From the IMG/VR virus record IMGVR_UViG_3300049142_000021, positions 1-27,005 of that record: DNA of 27,005 bases; one strand, written 5' to 3'. Position numbers and translations under genes: made by a program. Shown one piece after another: positions 7,139 to 16,409 of the stretch. This DNA comes from a virus. Its lineage: Duplodnaviria > Caudoviricetes. Position 1 is the first letter of the stretch, and every line of letters begins with the position of its first letter. A model generated the notes under the pieces. That model worked only from the letters and a program-made list of their open reading frames with translations, was not told the DNA's origin and made no database searches.

Positions 7139-7410
7139 GCCGACTCGCCCCCCTTCGCGGTGTCCGCGGCCGGGGCGGCGTCGTCCTGGTCGACCGCCTC
7201 GCCCTCGCCGTCGACCGCCGGCTCGGCGTCGTCCTGGTCGACGAGCTCGGGCCGGCTGTAGAACCCCGCCATGTCTGCCGGCCCGTGCACCTCGGCGAGC
7301 AACTGCTCTTCGTCCTCGACCGTCGGCCCGTTGCCGGTGCGCGTGAGGTGCTGCGCCTGCTCGTCCTGGTCGCCGAGCCGCTCGGGGACCGGCCTTTCTG
7401 TGTCACCCAT
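7135..7410 (-). CDS. Small acidic hypothetical protein coupled to the endolysin, 91 aa
   Basis: AAGGGG RBS; D/E-rich; stop overlaps the endolysin ATG (ATGA). Confidence 0.7.
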   Translation of the reverse strand: MGDTERPVPERLGDQDEQAQHLTRTGNGPTVEDEEQLLAEVHGPADMAGFYSRPELVDQDDAEPAVDGEGEAVDQDDAAPAADTAKGGESA

Positions 7411-7433
7411 GGGTGAGCCCCTTCTCTGGACAT

Positions 7434-7463
7434 GAAAAGAGCCCCTGCCGGTCGGCGAGGGGC
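7434..7463 (-). terminator. Intrinsic terminator/attenuator between tail and lysis genes
   Basis: Minus strand GCCCCT-C-GCCGACCGGC-AGGGGC followed by TCTTTTC. Confidence 0.65.
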
Positions 7464-7488
7464 GACTGTGACGTACGGCGGTGAGCGG

Positions 7489-9291
7489 CTACGCAGCCTC
7501 GAAGAGCACCCACGCCACGACGGACGTGTCGGCGTTGTTGCTCGAGGTGATCGTGAAACCGACACCGGGATTCTTGGTGACCGACAGGTGACCGAGGGTG
7601 CCGCCCGCCGCCTGCCGGAACGGCGCGACACGGGTATTCGCGGTCACTGAGGTGTTGGCCACGGTGACCGTGCCCGCGGCGAGCGTGGCGACGCCCATGC
7701 GGGCGTTACCGCCTTCCGCGATGGCGACGCCGCCGCCGGCCGAACCGAGGTTCAGCGCCTTCGCGGTTCCGTCCCAGATGTTCCACACGCCGCCCGACTG
7801 GCCGGACGCCGCGGCGAGGTACCCGCCGACGTTCAGATTCCCGGCGACGTCGGTCGGGCCGGCGAACGCGTCGACCGGCGTCGCCGTCGGGCCGGTCCGC
7901 TCGGCGATGTTGAGCCCGCGGCGCAGCACGCCGTTCCCGCCGCCGTCCGACCAACCGGCCGTGTCCGCGTGCAGGAACCCGGACGCGACGGATACGTACT
8001 CCGAATCCTCGACGCGCACGCCGTACTGCGGTGAGACGGTCTGCGTTCCGTCGTCGTCGACGCCGGGGTAACACGTGATCATGCCGACGACGACGGGCAC
8101 CGTTGCGCCGTCGACCTTGAGCCCGGCATACCCGCCGCCGCCCGCGCCGTCGTTACGGCCGTCGCGGCGAGTCAACAGGTTCTCGATCTGCAGCGGCGGG
8201 TTCCCGACCGCGTCGACCAACACGCCGTTCTGTCCGTTGCGGTCGGTCGAGCAACCCGACAGCAGCATCCCGCCCGAGCCGGTACCGGTCGACCAATCGC
8301 CGGTGAGGTGATAGCCGTTGTTCACGTTCCACTCGGCGCGGCAGCCGATCGCGTGACTGTTCGCCGCGTTGTTGATCTCGAACCCGTTCGCCCCGTTGCC
8401 GATCGCCTGGCAGTCGATCAGGGTGAGGTCGGTCATCACCTGCATGGCGAACCCGTGCCACCCGCAGTTGTCGACCATGACCCGGTGGCAGCGCCAACTG
8501 TACGGATGAAACCCGGCGTTGAACTCGGTATGCACGCCGGCGCCGCTCACCCGCCGAACGGTGACGTCACGCAATCCCACGTTCTGGATGTTGCCCGCGG
8601 CCCGAATGCCGTCGAGGCCCGGCGCTATCACGCCCGATCCGTCGATCATCACGTTCAAGATCCGGTGCTCGGCGCTGATCGTCGAGTACCCGCCCGTCGC
8701 GGCGTCGACGAGCGAGATCACCGCGTTGCCCTCGAACGACGGCAGAGGCTTGATGTAACACGGCGGGTCGGTCAGGTTCGGCACGGTCATGAGGTTCGTG
8801 TGCGTGCCCTGCAGCGTGACCGCCGGCGGGATCGTCAGGGGTGCGCTCGTCCGGTAGGCGCCGGCCGGCAGGTAGACGATGCCGCCCATCGGCGCCGCGG
8901 CGAGCGCCGCCTGAATCGCGGCGGTGTCGTCGGTCAGGTTGTCGCCGAGCGCCCCGAAGTCGCGGACGTTCAACCAGTCCCGGACCGAGCCGACCGCCGT
9001 CTCGTCGGTGTCGACGTTGTGAGCCTCGATCCACGCGCGCGAGCTGCCGCCGGCATCTGCCCACATGCCCTCGACCCCGTCCGGGCCGAAGAACCGGGGC
9101 AGAAACCCGTACTCGTCGGTCGTCACCGAAGTAATCGGCGCGCTGCCGGCGTCGAGCAGATCGGCGTACTGAGTGCCGCCGGTCGACTGGTCCCAGAAGG
9201 TGACGACCGAGCCGGCAGCGACACCCCACAGACCATCAGACGGGCGTACAACAAAGTCGCCGATCCCTGCGCCGAATTCGTGGCGAGCCAT
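7489..9291 (-). CDS. Tailspike / receptor-binding protein with pectate-lyase-like right-handed beta-helix, 600 aa
   Basis: WLNVRDFGALGDNLTDDTAAIQAAL...VYLPAGAY (Pectate_lyase_3-type start), N-x-x-x-G beta-helix rungs; ATG at 9291 (MARHEFG). Confidence 0.85.
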   Translation of the reverse strand: MARHEFGAGIGDFVVRPSDGLWGVAAGSVVTFWDQSTGGTQYADLLDAGSAPITSVTTDEYGFLPRFFGPDGVEGMWADAGGSSRAWIEAHNVDTDETAVGSVRDWLNVRDFGALGDNLTDDTAAIQAALAAAPMGGIVYLPAGAYRTSAPLTIPPAVTLQGTHTNLMTVPNLTDPPCYIKPLPSFEGNAVISLVDAATGGYSTISAEHRILNVMIDGSGVIAPGLDGIRAAGNIQNVGLRDVTVRRVSGAGVHTEFNAGFHPYSWRCHRVMVDNCGWHGFAMQVMTDLTLIDCQAIGNGANGFEINNAANSHAIGCRAEWNVNNGYHLTGDWSTGTGSGGMLLSGCSTDRNGQNGVLVDAVGNPPLQIENLLTRRDGRNDGAGGGGYAGLKVDGATVPVVVGMITCYPGVDDDGTQTVSPQYGVRVEDSEYVSVASGFLHADTAGWSDGGGNGVLRRGLNIAERTGPTATPVDAFAGPTDVAGNLNVGGYLAAASGQSGGVWNIWDGTAKALNLGSAGGGVAIAEGGNARMGVATLAAGTVTVANTSVTANTRVAPFRQAAGGTLGHLSVTKNPGVGFTITSSNNADTSVVAWVLFEAA

Positions 9292-9293
9292 GG

Positions 9294-10235
9294 TCAGTCC
9301 ACCACCCAACTGACGCCGGAATTGGGGAGCACGAATTCACCCTTCGCAATCGTGGGATGGTTTGTCAGCCACACTTGACCGGGACGGTCCGAGGCGGCCG
9401 AGTAGATGGTGAGTCGGCTGATCTCAACGCCGGTCGTGTAGCACATGACGAACTGGTCACGGTTGGCGTGCCGGTAGGCGGCCGGGATCAGCACAGGCAG
9501 CCGGGACTCGTCGCCACCCGCGAGACTGCCGGCCGCGCGCTGGAAGCTGCCGAGACGCAAGTGCACGTTGCCGTTGCGCTTCTGCAGAACGCTGTCTGTG
9601 GTGACGGTCCACGCGGCCGACGGGTAGTTGACGACGATCACGCCCGAGTCGTCGAAGAGCCCGACCCAAGAGTCGCCGGTCCAGACTCGGACGCGTCCGG
9701 TGTTCGTCTCGAAGCACATCTCGCCCGGCGCCGGGTTCGGGTTCCGGGTCGTCGAGGTGCACGGCCGGATACGAACGCCGACGTACAGCTCGCCGCGGGC
9801 GACCGTGACCGAATTCGCCCCGTTCAGAAGGGTCACGGTAGCGAGCGGGATCTCGTACACGCCCGTGTCGCCCGTGTCCTGCGTGAGCGCAGGGGCGCCG
9901 CCGCCGGGGGTGCCCGCCTTGATGACGGCGCGTACGGTCCACGCGGACCGGTCCAGCCGCAGCACAACCCGGTCGACCCGTGTCTTCCCGCTGCTGTTCG
10001 CGGCGACCGGCAGGGTCACCGTAGACGTGCCGGACGTCCACGCGTGCCCGCGTACCGAGGCGTAGACGTCGGCCCGAATGTTCACCGACAGACCGACCCC
10101 GGCGGTCACGACGGCGGGGTCGCCGGGATCGCCGTACACGCCGTCACCGGAGAATCGGGCGGCGATCTTTTCGTACTCGGTGTCAGTGACTGCGCGGGCA
10201 TTGTGAGCCGGTGACGGCCACGAGTCCTGAGCCAC
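9294..10235 (-). CDS. Minor tail / baseplate protein, 313 aa
   Basis: RVDRVVLRLD...KAGTPGGGAPALTQ...YEIPLATV motif of siphovirus upper-baseplate proteins; GTG at 10235 with AAGGAGG upstream. Confidence 0.8.
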   Translation of the reverse strand: MAQDSWPSPAHNARAVTDTEYEKIAARFSGDGVYGDPGDPAVVTAGVGLSVNIRADVYASVRGHAWTSGTSTVTLPVAANSSGKTRVDRVVLRLDRSAWTVRAVIKAGTPGGGAPALTQDTGDTGVYEIPLATVTLLNGANSVTVARGELYVGVRIRPCTSTTRNPNPAPGEMCFETNTGRVRVWTGDSWVGLFDDSGVIVVNYPSAAWTVTTDSVLQKRNGNVHLRLGSFQRAAGSLAGGDESRLPVLIPAAYRHANRDQFVMCYTTGVEISRLTIYSAASDRPGQVWLTNHPTIAKGEFVLPNSGVSWVVD

Positions 10236-10248
10236 GCGAGGCACCTCC

Positions 10249-11409
10249 TTATCTGGTCTCGAGCCGGCCGAGGCGACGGCCGAGCGTGCGTAGGGCCTTG
10301 ACCATCGCGGGATCGGACGTCGCCCCCGGGGAACCGATCAGCGTCGTGACGTACTCGCCCGAGTTGGGGGTCGCTTGCAGGTGAATCGAGCGCACAAGGT
10401 CGACGACCTCGACGCCGAACGGCAGCGCGACGGTCACCCTGTCGCCGAGGTCGAAGTCGCGGCCGGCCTTCAGGTCGTCGGTGTCAACCGTGATCGTGGC
10501 GAGCTCGACAGGGGCGGCGCCGCCGGCGAGCTCTTCCTTACCGGCCTGCGTCAGTTCCCCGTTCGTGTCGTTCTCGGCCGAGCCGTCGACGTACTTCTCG
10601 ACGCGCCACCATGTGGCGGCCGCCGCGGTGTCGGCAGCCTGTACGTACGTCCGCCCGGCCGTGCCGGTCTCCGGCTCGGTACCGGCGATCAGCGCGTGCG
10701 TGACGGTCGGCGCCGACTGCTTCGACTGGATCGAGCGCAGGTTGCCCAGACCGATGCTGAATCGCGCGGTCGCGGTCAAGTCGGCCGGCGCGTAGCACCC
10801 GAAGAGGATTTGCCCCGCCGTCTGCCGGGTGCGGAACCCGATCGCGCCGCCGTCGACGGCGATGCGTCTGCAGGTGTCGAGCAGCGCCTCGAAGCGTGTC
10901 TTGACGGTCGTCGAGGTACCGACGCCGGCGACGCTGTCGAGCGCGAAGTGCGGGATGCGACGCTCGGACCGGGCGCCGGGACCGCAGTTCTCATTGACCA
11001 GGGTTCGAATGATCGTTTCGGCGTTCGTGCCGGTGATCTGCCGGTACGTGTTGGCGAGCTGCGCCGTCCACGCGTTCGCCGGGGTCGGCCACGTGATGTA
11101 ACCAGCCACAATCGCGAGGTCGTCGGAGAAACTGACGGTGACCTTTCCCCACCCCGGCTCTTCGGTGACCGACCACGAGAAATCCGCGGGGATCTCCAGC
11201 GGTCCCGCCATCCACACCGCGCCGTCACGGATGATCACGAGCCGGTTGCCGGGCTGCAGTTGCGCCATGACGTCCGGCCGCGCGGGCAAGTCGACGCTGC
11301 CCGAGCCGGGCTCGTTGAACTTCTTCGTTGCGTCGAGGTTCGTCCAGCCGTCGAGGGGGTCACCCTGCACGGCGAGGTTCTTGTCGGTGATGAGCAGTTG
11401 CACGGCCAC
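10249..11409 (-). CDS. Siphovirus Gp37-like (ReqiPepy6) tail hub protein, 386 aa
   Basis: Follows Dit; FNEPGSGSVDLP, AETIIRTLVNENCG, ARFSIGLGNL, GRDFDLGDRVTV motifs. Confidence 0.85.
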   Translation of the reverse strand: MAVQLLITDKNLAVQGDPLDGWTNLDATKKFNEPGSGSVDLPARPDVMAQLQPGNRLVIIRDGAVWMAGPLEIPADFSWSVTEEPGWGKVTVSFSDDLAIVAGYITWPTPANAWTAQLANTYRQITGTNAETIIRTLVNENCGPGARSERRIPHFALDSVAGVGTSTTVKTRFEALLDTCRRIAVDGGAIGFRTRQTAGQILFGCYAPADLTATARFSIGLGNLRSIQSKQSAPTVTHALIAGTEPETGTAGRTYVQAADTAAAATWWRVEKYVDGSAENDTNGELTQAGKEELAGGAAPVELATITVDTDDLKAGRDFDLGDRVTVALPFGVEVVDLVRSIHLQATPNSGEYVTTLIGSPGATSDPAMVKALRTLGRRLGRLETR

Positions 11410-11430
11410 CGGCCCGCCGCCCCTTTCCGC

Positions 11431-12411
11431 TCACGCTGTCTCGTACCTCGGGTTGAACCGCAGATCGACGGCGCTGCCGGGTCCCGAGCCGTTCAACTGG
11501 AACGTGACCGGGTTCTCGCCGGGGGCGAGCCCCCACAGAACTGCGCTCGGCCAGTCGAGCGCACCGGTCCAGTTGGAACCGTCCTGGTAGCGGACCGAGG
11601 GCGGGTCGGTTGAGATCGTGACCTGTTGCCCGGCGAGTAGGTTGCCGTGCCCGACCGCCGTCGGGTCGAGAGAGAACGACTTGTTGATGCCCTGGTGCGT
11701 GAACGTGATCAGCGAAGCGGGCCCGGTGACGGTCCACTTCGGCCACACGATCACGTCGCCGGGGTTCGTGACCTCGGTCGCCCCGAGAACCTGCGACGAC
11801 GAGATCGTCGGGTACGGGGTGAAAAACGAGCTCAAGCTGCCCGTTTCCCGGTGCATGACGACCTCGACCGGGTCGAGCCAATACGGGTCTTCGCACCACA
11901 GCGTGAGCGCTGCGGCGTCCGACACGATCCCGTACCCCTTCGCGCCGCGCCCCTCGAACCCCTCGCGGTAGTAGACAGCGATCCGCCGTCGCGTCCCGTC
12001 CGGCCGGGCGATCTCGAGCCATCCGGGCGTGCGCCTGCCGTCGGGACCTTCGCGCAGGGTGCGCGTAAACGCGGACGCGAGCGCGCGCCACCGGCCTATG
12101 AACTCGACGTGTGTCTCGCCGTAGACGTAGAGCGGCCACACGATCGCCCGCGGCTGCGGGTTGGCATACCGCAGCCGCGCGCCGCCCCGCGGGTGCGCGT
12201 CGGTGGTCAACTCGTACGGCGTCGCGCCGAGCCCGGACACGCCGTCGGCGAGCGTGAACCATCCGGCCGACTCGTCGGTGAGCGGCCATACCGTGCCGGT
12301 CGGGTCGGTGTACGTAGCGGTCGCGTAGCCGATCTCGGGTAGGGGGACCGGTGTAGAGCCGCCCCCGCCCGTGTCGGGCGGGGTGACTACCGGTGCGGTG
12401 ATCAGCGGCAT
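11431..12411 (-). CDS. Distal tail protein (Dit), 326 aa
   Basis: Directly after the tape measure; LWCEDPYW, VTNPGDVIVWPKWTVTGP, LWGLAPGEN, FNPRYETA. Confidence 0.85.
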   Translation of the reverse strand: MPLITAPVVTPPDTGGGGSTPVPLPEIGYATATYTDPTGTVWPLTDESAGWFTLADGVSGLGATPYELTTDAHPRGGARLRYANPQPRAIVWPLYVYGETHVEFIGRWRALASAFTRTLREGPDGRRTPGWLEIARPDGTRRRIAVYYREGFEGRGAKGYGIVSDAAALTLWCEDPYWLDPVEVVMHRETGSLSSFFTPYPTISSSQVLGATEVTNPGDVIVWPKWTVTGPASLITFTHQGINKSFSLDPTAVGHGNLLAGQQVTISTDPPSVRYQDGSNWTGALDWPSAVLWGLAPGENPVTFQLNGSGPGSAVDLRFNPRYETA

Positions 12412-15400
12412 TTACCGTGGCCTCCCCACCCGAGCGAGCGCATCCTGTCGCCGCTGCAGCACCTCGAGGTCGCGCACGGTCATGTCGAGCGTGCGCGGAT
12501 AGAAGTTGTACGTGTGGCCAGACTCGACAGCCGGCTGCCGGCCGCCGGATGGCAGCGCCGCCCGCACCGCCGCGGCGGCCGGTACCGGCTGCGGCAGACT
12601 GCGCGCCATGGTCCGCACCATGGCGGCGCCGACCGCAGCGATCGACGAGTCTGTGTCGAGCACGGTCTGCCCGCCGCCGAACTGCAGCAGCTCGGGCCCG
12701 TTCTCGCCGACCCATGCGACCTCGCCCGGCCGGGGTCGGCCGCCGTTGGCGTACCCGCCGGGGCGGTTGTACGCCGAGGCGAGCGAGCCGTACCTCGACA
12801 GCGCGTACCGCATGCTCGCGTAGATGTTGGCGAGCGGGTCCCACACGCCGCGGCCGCGCAGCTTCCCGGCGTACGCGTTGAACGTCGGGTCGATGACCTG
12901 CATCAAGCCCTTCGACGGCGTGCCGTTCTTGGCGTTGATGTCCCAATTGTTGATTGCGCGCGGGTTCCCGCCCGACTCCTGGTTCATCCTGCGCAACACG
13001 GTCGGCAGCAGACTCGCCGGCTGCCCGACGAGCTTGAGCGCCTGCAGTACGACGTTCGACCAACGCTTGACGCCCGAGCCGCCGATATCGCCCGACGAGC
13101 CGCCGAACATGCTCGCCGCCGCCTTGACGACCTTGTCTTTCAGCGAGCCGAGCATCTTGATCGGGACCTTCCCGACCATCTGCGCGAACTTGTTCTGTCC
13201 GATCTTCGCGATCTTGTCGCGGATGAACTTGGTTGCCTTGTCCCACAGCTTGCCGGGGTTCGACAGGAAGTCGACGCCGTCCATCACGGCGCCGCCGATC
13301 TTCCGAGCCTTGTCGCCGAACCACCCCGCGACGTCGCCGACGATGCCGCCGTCGGCGAACCGCTGCACCGGCAGCTCGCCGTACTGGTTGATGTAGTTCA
13401 GCGCGCCGAACCCGACCTTGCGGGCACTGTCGCGCTTCACGACGAACTCGTCGGCCATCATCAACGCGGGGATGCTGTCCTTGCCCGGCGTACCGCCGTG
13501 CGTGCGGCCGCCCTCGGCGAGCAGCTTCGGCCCGGCCGGCAGCTTGCCGAGCCCGACGAAACCGGCGACCTTATCCCAAACCGCCTTGATCCCCTTCGTA
13601 TACACCCATTCGATTACGAAGTTGACGGGCTCTTTCGTGATCGACTTGATCTTGCCGAACGCCTTGCCGATCGCGTCCTTCGCCGTCCCGAACGCGTCGC
13701 CGACCAGCCGTACGCCGGTCTTCGCCGCGTCGAAGGCAGGCTTCAACCCCTTCGACCACAGCACCGATGCGGCCGAGCTGATCCCGTTGAACGCCGGCTG
13801 CAGCGCGTTGCGGTACAGCCACGTGCCGACCGCGCCGACCGCCTGCAGCCCTGCCTTGACGTACCCGAAGATCACTTGCACGCCCGTCCAGAACCAGCCG
13901 ACGACCGTGACGATCCCGCGGAACGCGGGCTGCAGCGCGTTCTTGTACAGCCATGTGCCGACCGCGCCGACCGCCTGCAGTCCAGCCTTGAAGTAACCGA
14001 AGATCACTTGCGCGCCGGTCCAGAACCAGCCGATGACCGCCACGATCCCGGCGAACGCGGGCTGCAGCGCGTTCTTCCACAGCCACATCCCACCCGCGGC
14101 GATCCCGTTGAACGCCGGCTGCAGCGCGTTGTTCCACAGCCACGTGCCGACCGCGGCGAGCGCCTTGAACGCGATCACGAGCGGCGCGATCACGATGACC
14201 GCGAGGACCGTAAACAGCACCTTTCCCGCTGTCGCGATCGCCGAGAAAACCGGCGACAGGACGGTCGACCACAGCCACACCGCGGCCGCGCCGATCGCCT
14301 GCAGTCCGATCTTGAGGTACTCGAACCCGGGCTTGAGTGCGCCGTTCCAGAGCAGATCCCAACCGGCCTTGATCCCGGCCCAAGCTGCCTGTACGCCGGC
14401 CCGGAACCAAGAGACTTTGTTGTACGCGACGACGGCGGCCGCGACGAGCGCGAGAATCCCGACGACGATCAACCCGACGGGGTTCGCTGACATGACCGTG
14501 TTGAGGATGCCCTGCGCCACTGCCCACCCGCGGGTAACCGCGGTTGCCGCGAGGATGACGCCGCGATAGATCGAGAACGCGGCGGTCATGCCCCATGTGG
14601 CGATCGTTGAGGCGCCGGCCACGACGGCGACACCGCCGATCGCGATGCCGAGCGGGATGAGCCACGCGCCGTACTCCTTGACCCACTGCACGCCGCCTGC
14701 GAACGCGTCGCCGACACCCTTCGCGGCGGGCACGAGCACGTCGACCAGGGCGCCGCCGACGCGCTGCGCGGGCGGCAGCACGTAGTCGTTCAGGAACCCG
14801 CCGAACGACTTGAGTGCGGGCAGCGCGTACTTGTCCGCGAAGTTGGCGAGCCCCTGTAGCGCCTGCCGCTTGAACACTTCGATGTTGTTCGAAGCGGTGT
14901 TGTGCAGCGTCTTGCCCATGCGGTCGGCTGCCCCGCCAACCTTGCCGAGCGCGTCGGTCGCCTTCGACGGATCGAGAGCGAACAAACTCTGCTGCAGGTC
15001 CTCGGCCTGCGTACCGAAGAGCAGTACCGCAGTCTGCGATCGCTTCGCAGGGTCCTCGATCGCCCGCAGCCGGTCGAGCGTCATGTCGAGCGCCTTCGCT
15101 GCGCCCGGCCCGCCCTTCGCGAACTTCTGCGCCATCGTGTCGGCCGACAGCCCGATCGCGTCGAATCCTTGCTTGGTGGTGTCGCTGCCGTCCTTCGCCC
15201 TGATCGCGAACTCTTTGAGTGCGTCGGCGACGATGTCGGAGTCGCGTGCGCCGGCCTTGAGTCCTTGCGTGAGCAGCCCGACCGCCTGCGACCCGGTCAG
15301 TCCCAAGTCGCGGAACTGCGTGCTGTACTCGTTCAGGGTGTCGAGCATGTCGCCGGCCTTATCGGCGCCGGTCTGGAACCCGCGGGTGATCAGATCGAAC

Positions 15401-15942
15401 GCGCCCTTCGCGTCCTTGACCATGCCCGTTTTGATGAGCTGCCCGGCCGCCTTCGCCGACTCGCCGACGTCGGCGTCGAATGTCTCGGCGAGGTTGAGCG
15501 CCGCCTTGCTGAGCCCGACAAGTTCCTTCTTCGGGGCGTTGATCGAGGCGACGCCGTTCTGCGCGAGCGACTTGAGCGAGTCGTTTACTTGGTCGATCGA
15601 CTCGCCGTAGCCCTTTGAGTAGACCGACCCGGCGATCTTCCCGGCGCGCGCCGACTCTTTTTCGGTGAGCCCGAGCTGCGCGCCCAACCGGGCGTTGCTC
15701 TTGTCCTGCTCGACCGCCTCGACGAATCCGGCGGCGAACAGCACGCCGGCGCCCGCGGCGACGCCGGCGACGCCCTTCTTCAGGGCGCCGCCGATGCCGC
15801 CGAGGAACCCCTGCCCGGCTTCCTGCCCGGCCGAGGTTCCAGCCTGCGCCGACTCGCCGCTGATCTGCTGCTCGAGCAGCCGGCCGAAGCCCCGTGTCTC
15901 GGGGACGACGGACACGTACCCGACGCCGACCTCGACCGGCAT
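12412..15942 (-). CDS. Tape measure protein with C-terminal SLT lytic transglycosylase, 1176 aa
   Basis: VEVGVGYVSVVP start, TMP core DTLNEYSTQFRDLGL, ANPVGLIV TM segment, Trp-periodic repeats, SLT motif RMNQESGGNPRAINNWD...SKGLMQVIDPTF. Confidence 0.95.
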   Translation of the reverse strand: MPVEVGVGYVSVVPETRGFGRLLEQQISGESAQAGTSAGQEAGQGFLGGIGGALKKGVAGVAAGAGVLFAAGFVEAVEQDKSNARLGAQLGLTEKESARAGKIAGSVYSKGYGESIDQVNDSLKSLAQNGVASINAPKKELVGLSKAALNLAETFDADVGESAKAAGQLIKTGMVKDAKGAFDLITRGFQTGADKAGDMLDTLNEYSTQFRDLGLTGSQAVGLLTQGLKAGARDSDIVADALKEFAIRAKDGSDTTKQGFDAIGLSADTMAQKFAKGGPGAAKALDMTLDRLRAIEDPAKRSQTAVLLFGTQAEDLQQSLFALDPSKATDALGKVGGAADRMGKTLHNTASNNIEVFKRQALQGLANFADKYALPALKSFGGFLNDYVLPPAQRVGGALVDVLVPAAKGVGDAFAGGVQWVKEYGAWLIPLGIAIGGVAVVAGASTIATWGMTAAFSIYRGVILAATAVTRGWAVAQGILNTVMSANPVGLIVVGILALVAAAVVAYNKVSWFRAGVQAAWAGIKAGWDLLWNGALKPGFEYLKIGLQAIGAAAVWLWSTVLSPVFSAIATAGKVLFTVLAVIVIAPLVIAFKALAAVGTWLWNNALQPAFNGIAAGGMWLWKNALQPAFAGIVAVIGWFWTGAQVIFGYFKAGLQAVGAVGTWLYKNALQPAFRGIVTVVGWFWTGVQVIFGYVKAGLQAVGAVGTWLYRNALQPAFNGISSAASVLWSKGLKPAFDAAKTGVRLVGDAFGTAKDAIGKAFGKIKSITKEPVNFVIEWVYTKGIKAVWDKVAGFVGLGKLPAGPKLLAEGGRTHGGTPGKDSIPALMMADEFVVKRDSARKVGFGALNYINQYGELPVQRFADGGIVGDVAGWFGDKARKIGGAVMDGVDFLSNPGKLWDKATKFIRDKIAKIGQNKFAQMVGKVPIKMLGSLKDKVVKAAASMFGGSSGDIGGSGVKRWSNVVLQALKLVGQPASLLPTVLRRMNQESGGNPRAINNWDINAKNGTPSKGLMQVIDPTFNAYAGKLRGRGVWDPLANIYASMRYALSRYGSLASAYNRPGGYANGGRPRPGEVAWVGENGPELLQFGGGQTVLDTDSSIAAVGAAMVRTMARSLPQPVPAAAAVRAALPSGGRQPAVESGHTYNFYPRTLDMTVRDLEVLQRRQDALARVGRPR
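13785..14150 (-). repeat. Tape measure internal tandem repeats (132 bp / 44 aa)
   Basis: ctgcagcgcgtt (NALQ) recurs at 13798, 13930, 14062 (period 132) and 14119. Confidence 0.85.
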
Positions 15943-15945
15943 ACG

Positions 15946-16409
15946 TCATTCCCCCTTGGTCTGCGCGAGGATGTGCTCGTACGCCGCTTTCGCGCGCGCC
16001 TTGTCCTGCTCGGCCTTCGCTTCGTCGGGCACCGGGTCGCCCGGTCGCCACGACGGTTGAGGCCAGGGCAGCGCGCTGCCGCCCTTCTTCGGGTCCCGGT
16101 TGGCGTTGACGAACGCCGTCAGCAGCAAATGCAGCAGATCGCGGCTGTCGGCGGCCGCGTAGTCGATCGACTGCCACGCATGCCCGTTGTGCGCGCGGGC
16201 GGTTGCCCCGTCGGGCGGCAGGTTCTCGACCAGGACGCGCAGCAGCCGCAGCGTGATCTCGCCCCGCCAGTAGGCGGCGAGCGGCCCGCCCCGGCCGTAA
16301 CCGGGGTAATGGTGGGCGAGGTCTGCCTCGACTGCCTCGGGGTGCTCGCCGAGGACGTCGAGAACGGTGTACGTGTAGGTCTCGACGACGTCGTCGCCGT
16401 CGCCTACCC
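15946..16409 (-). CDS. Tail assembly chaperone C-terminal extension (gpT-like), expressed by -1 frameshift
   Basis: Frame open 16446->15946 with no ATG/GTG/TTG until 16128; encodes VEADLAHHY...AYWRGEITLRLLRVLVENLPPDGATARA, typical of actinophage gpT; it is the -1 frame of the upstream chaperone. Confidence 0.85.

Noticed and set aside
12368-12378. Another CCCGACACGGG copy
   Set aside because: Inside the Dit coding sequence (Pro-Asp-Thr-Gly), single and not over an RBS; cannot be distinguished from chance.
11360-14490. Very long alternative-frame and antisense ORFs (654 aa, 658 aa) and similar ones across the window
   Set aside because: Expected in high-GC DNA with few stop codons; Arg/Ala-biased, no motifs, fully overlapping well-supported genes.
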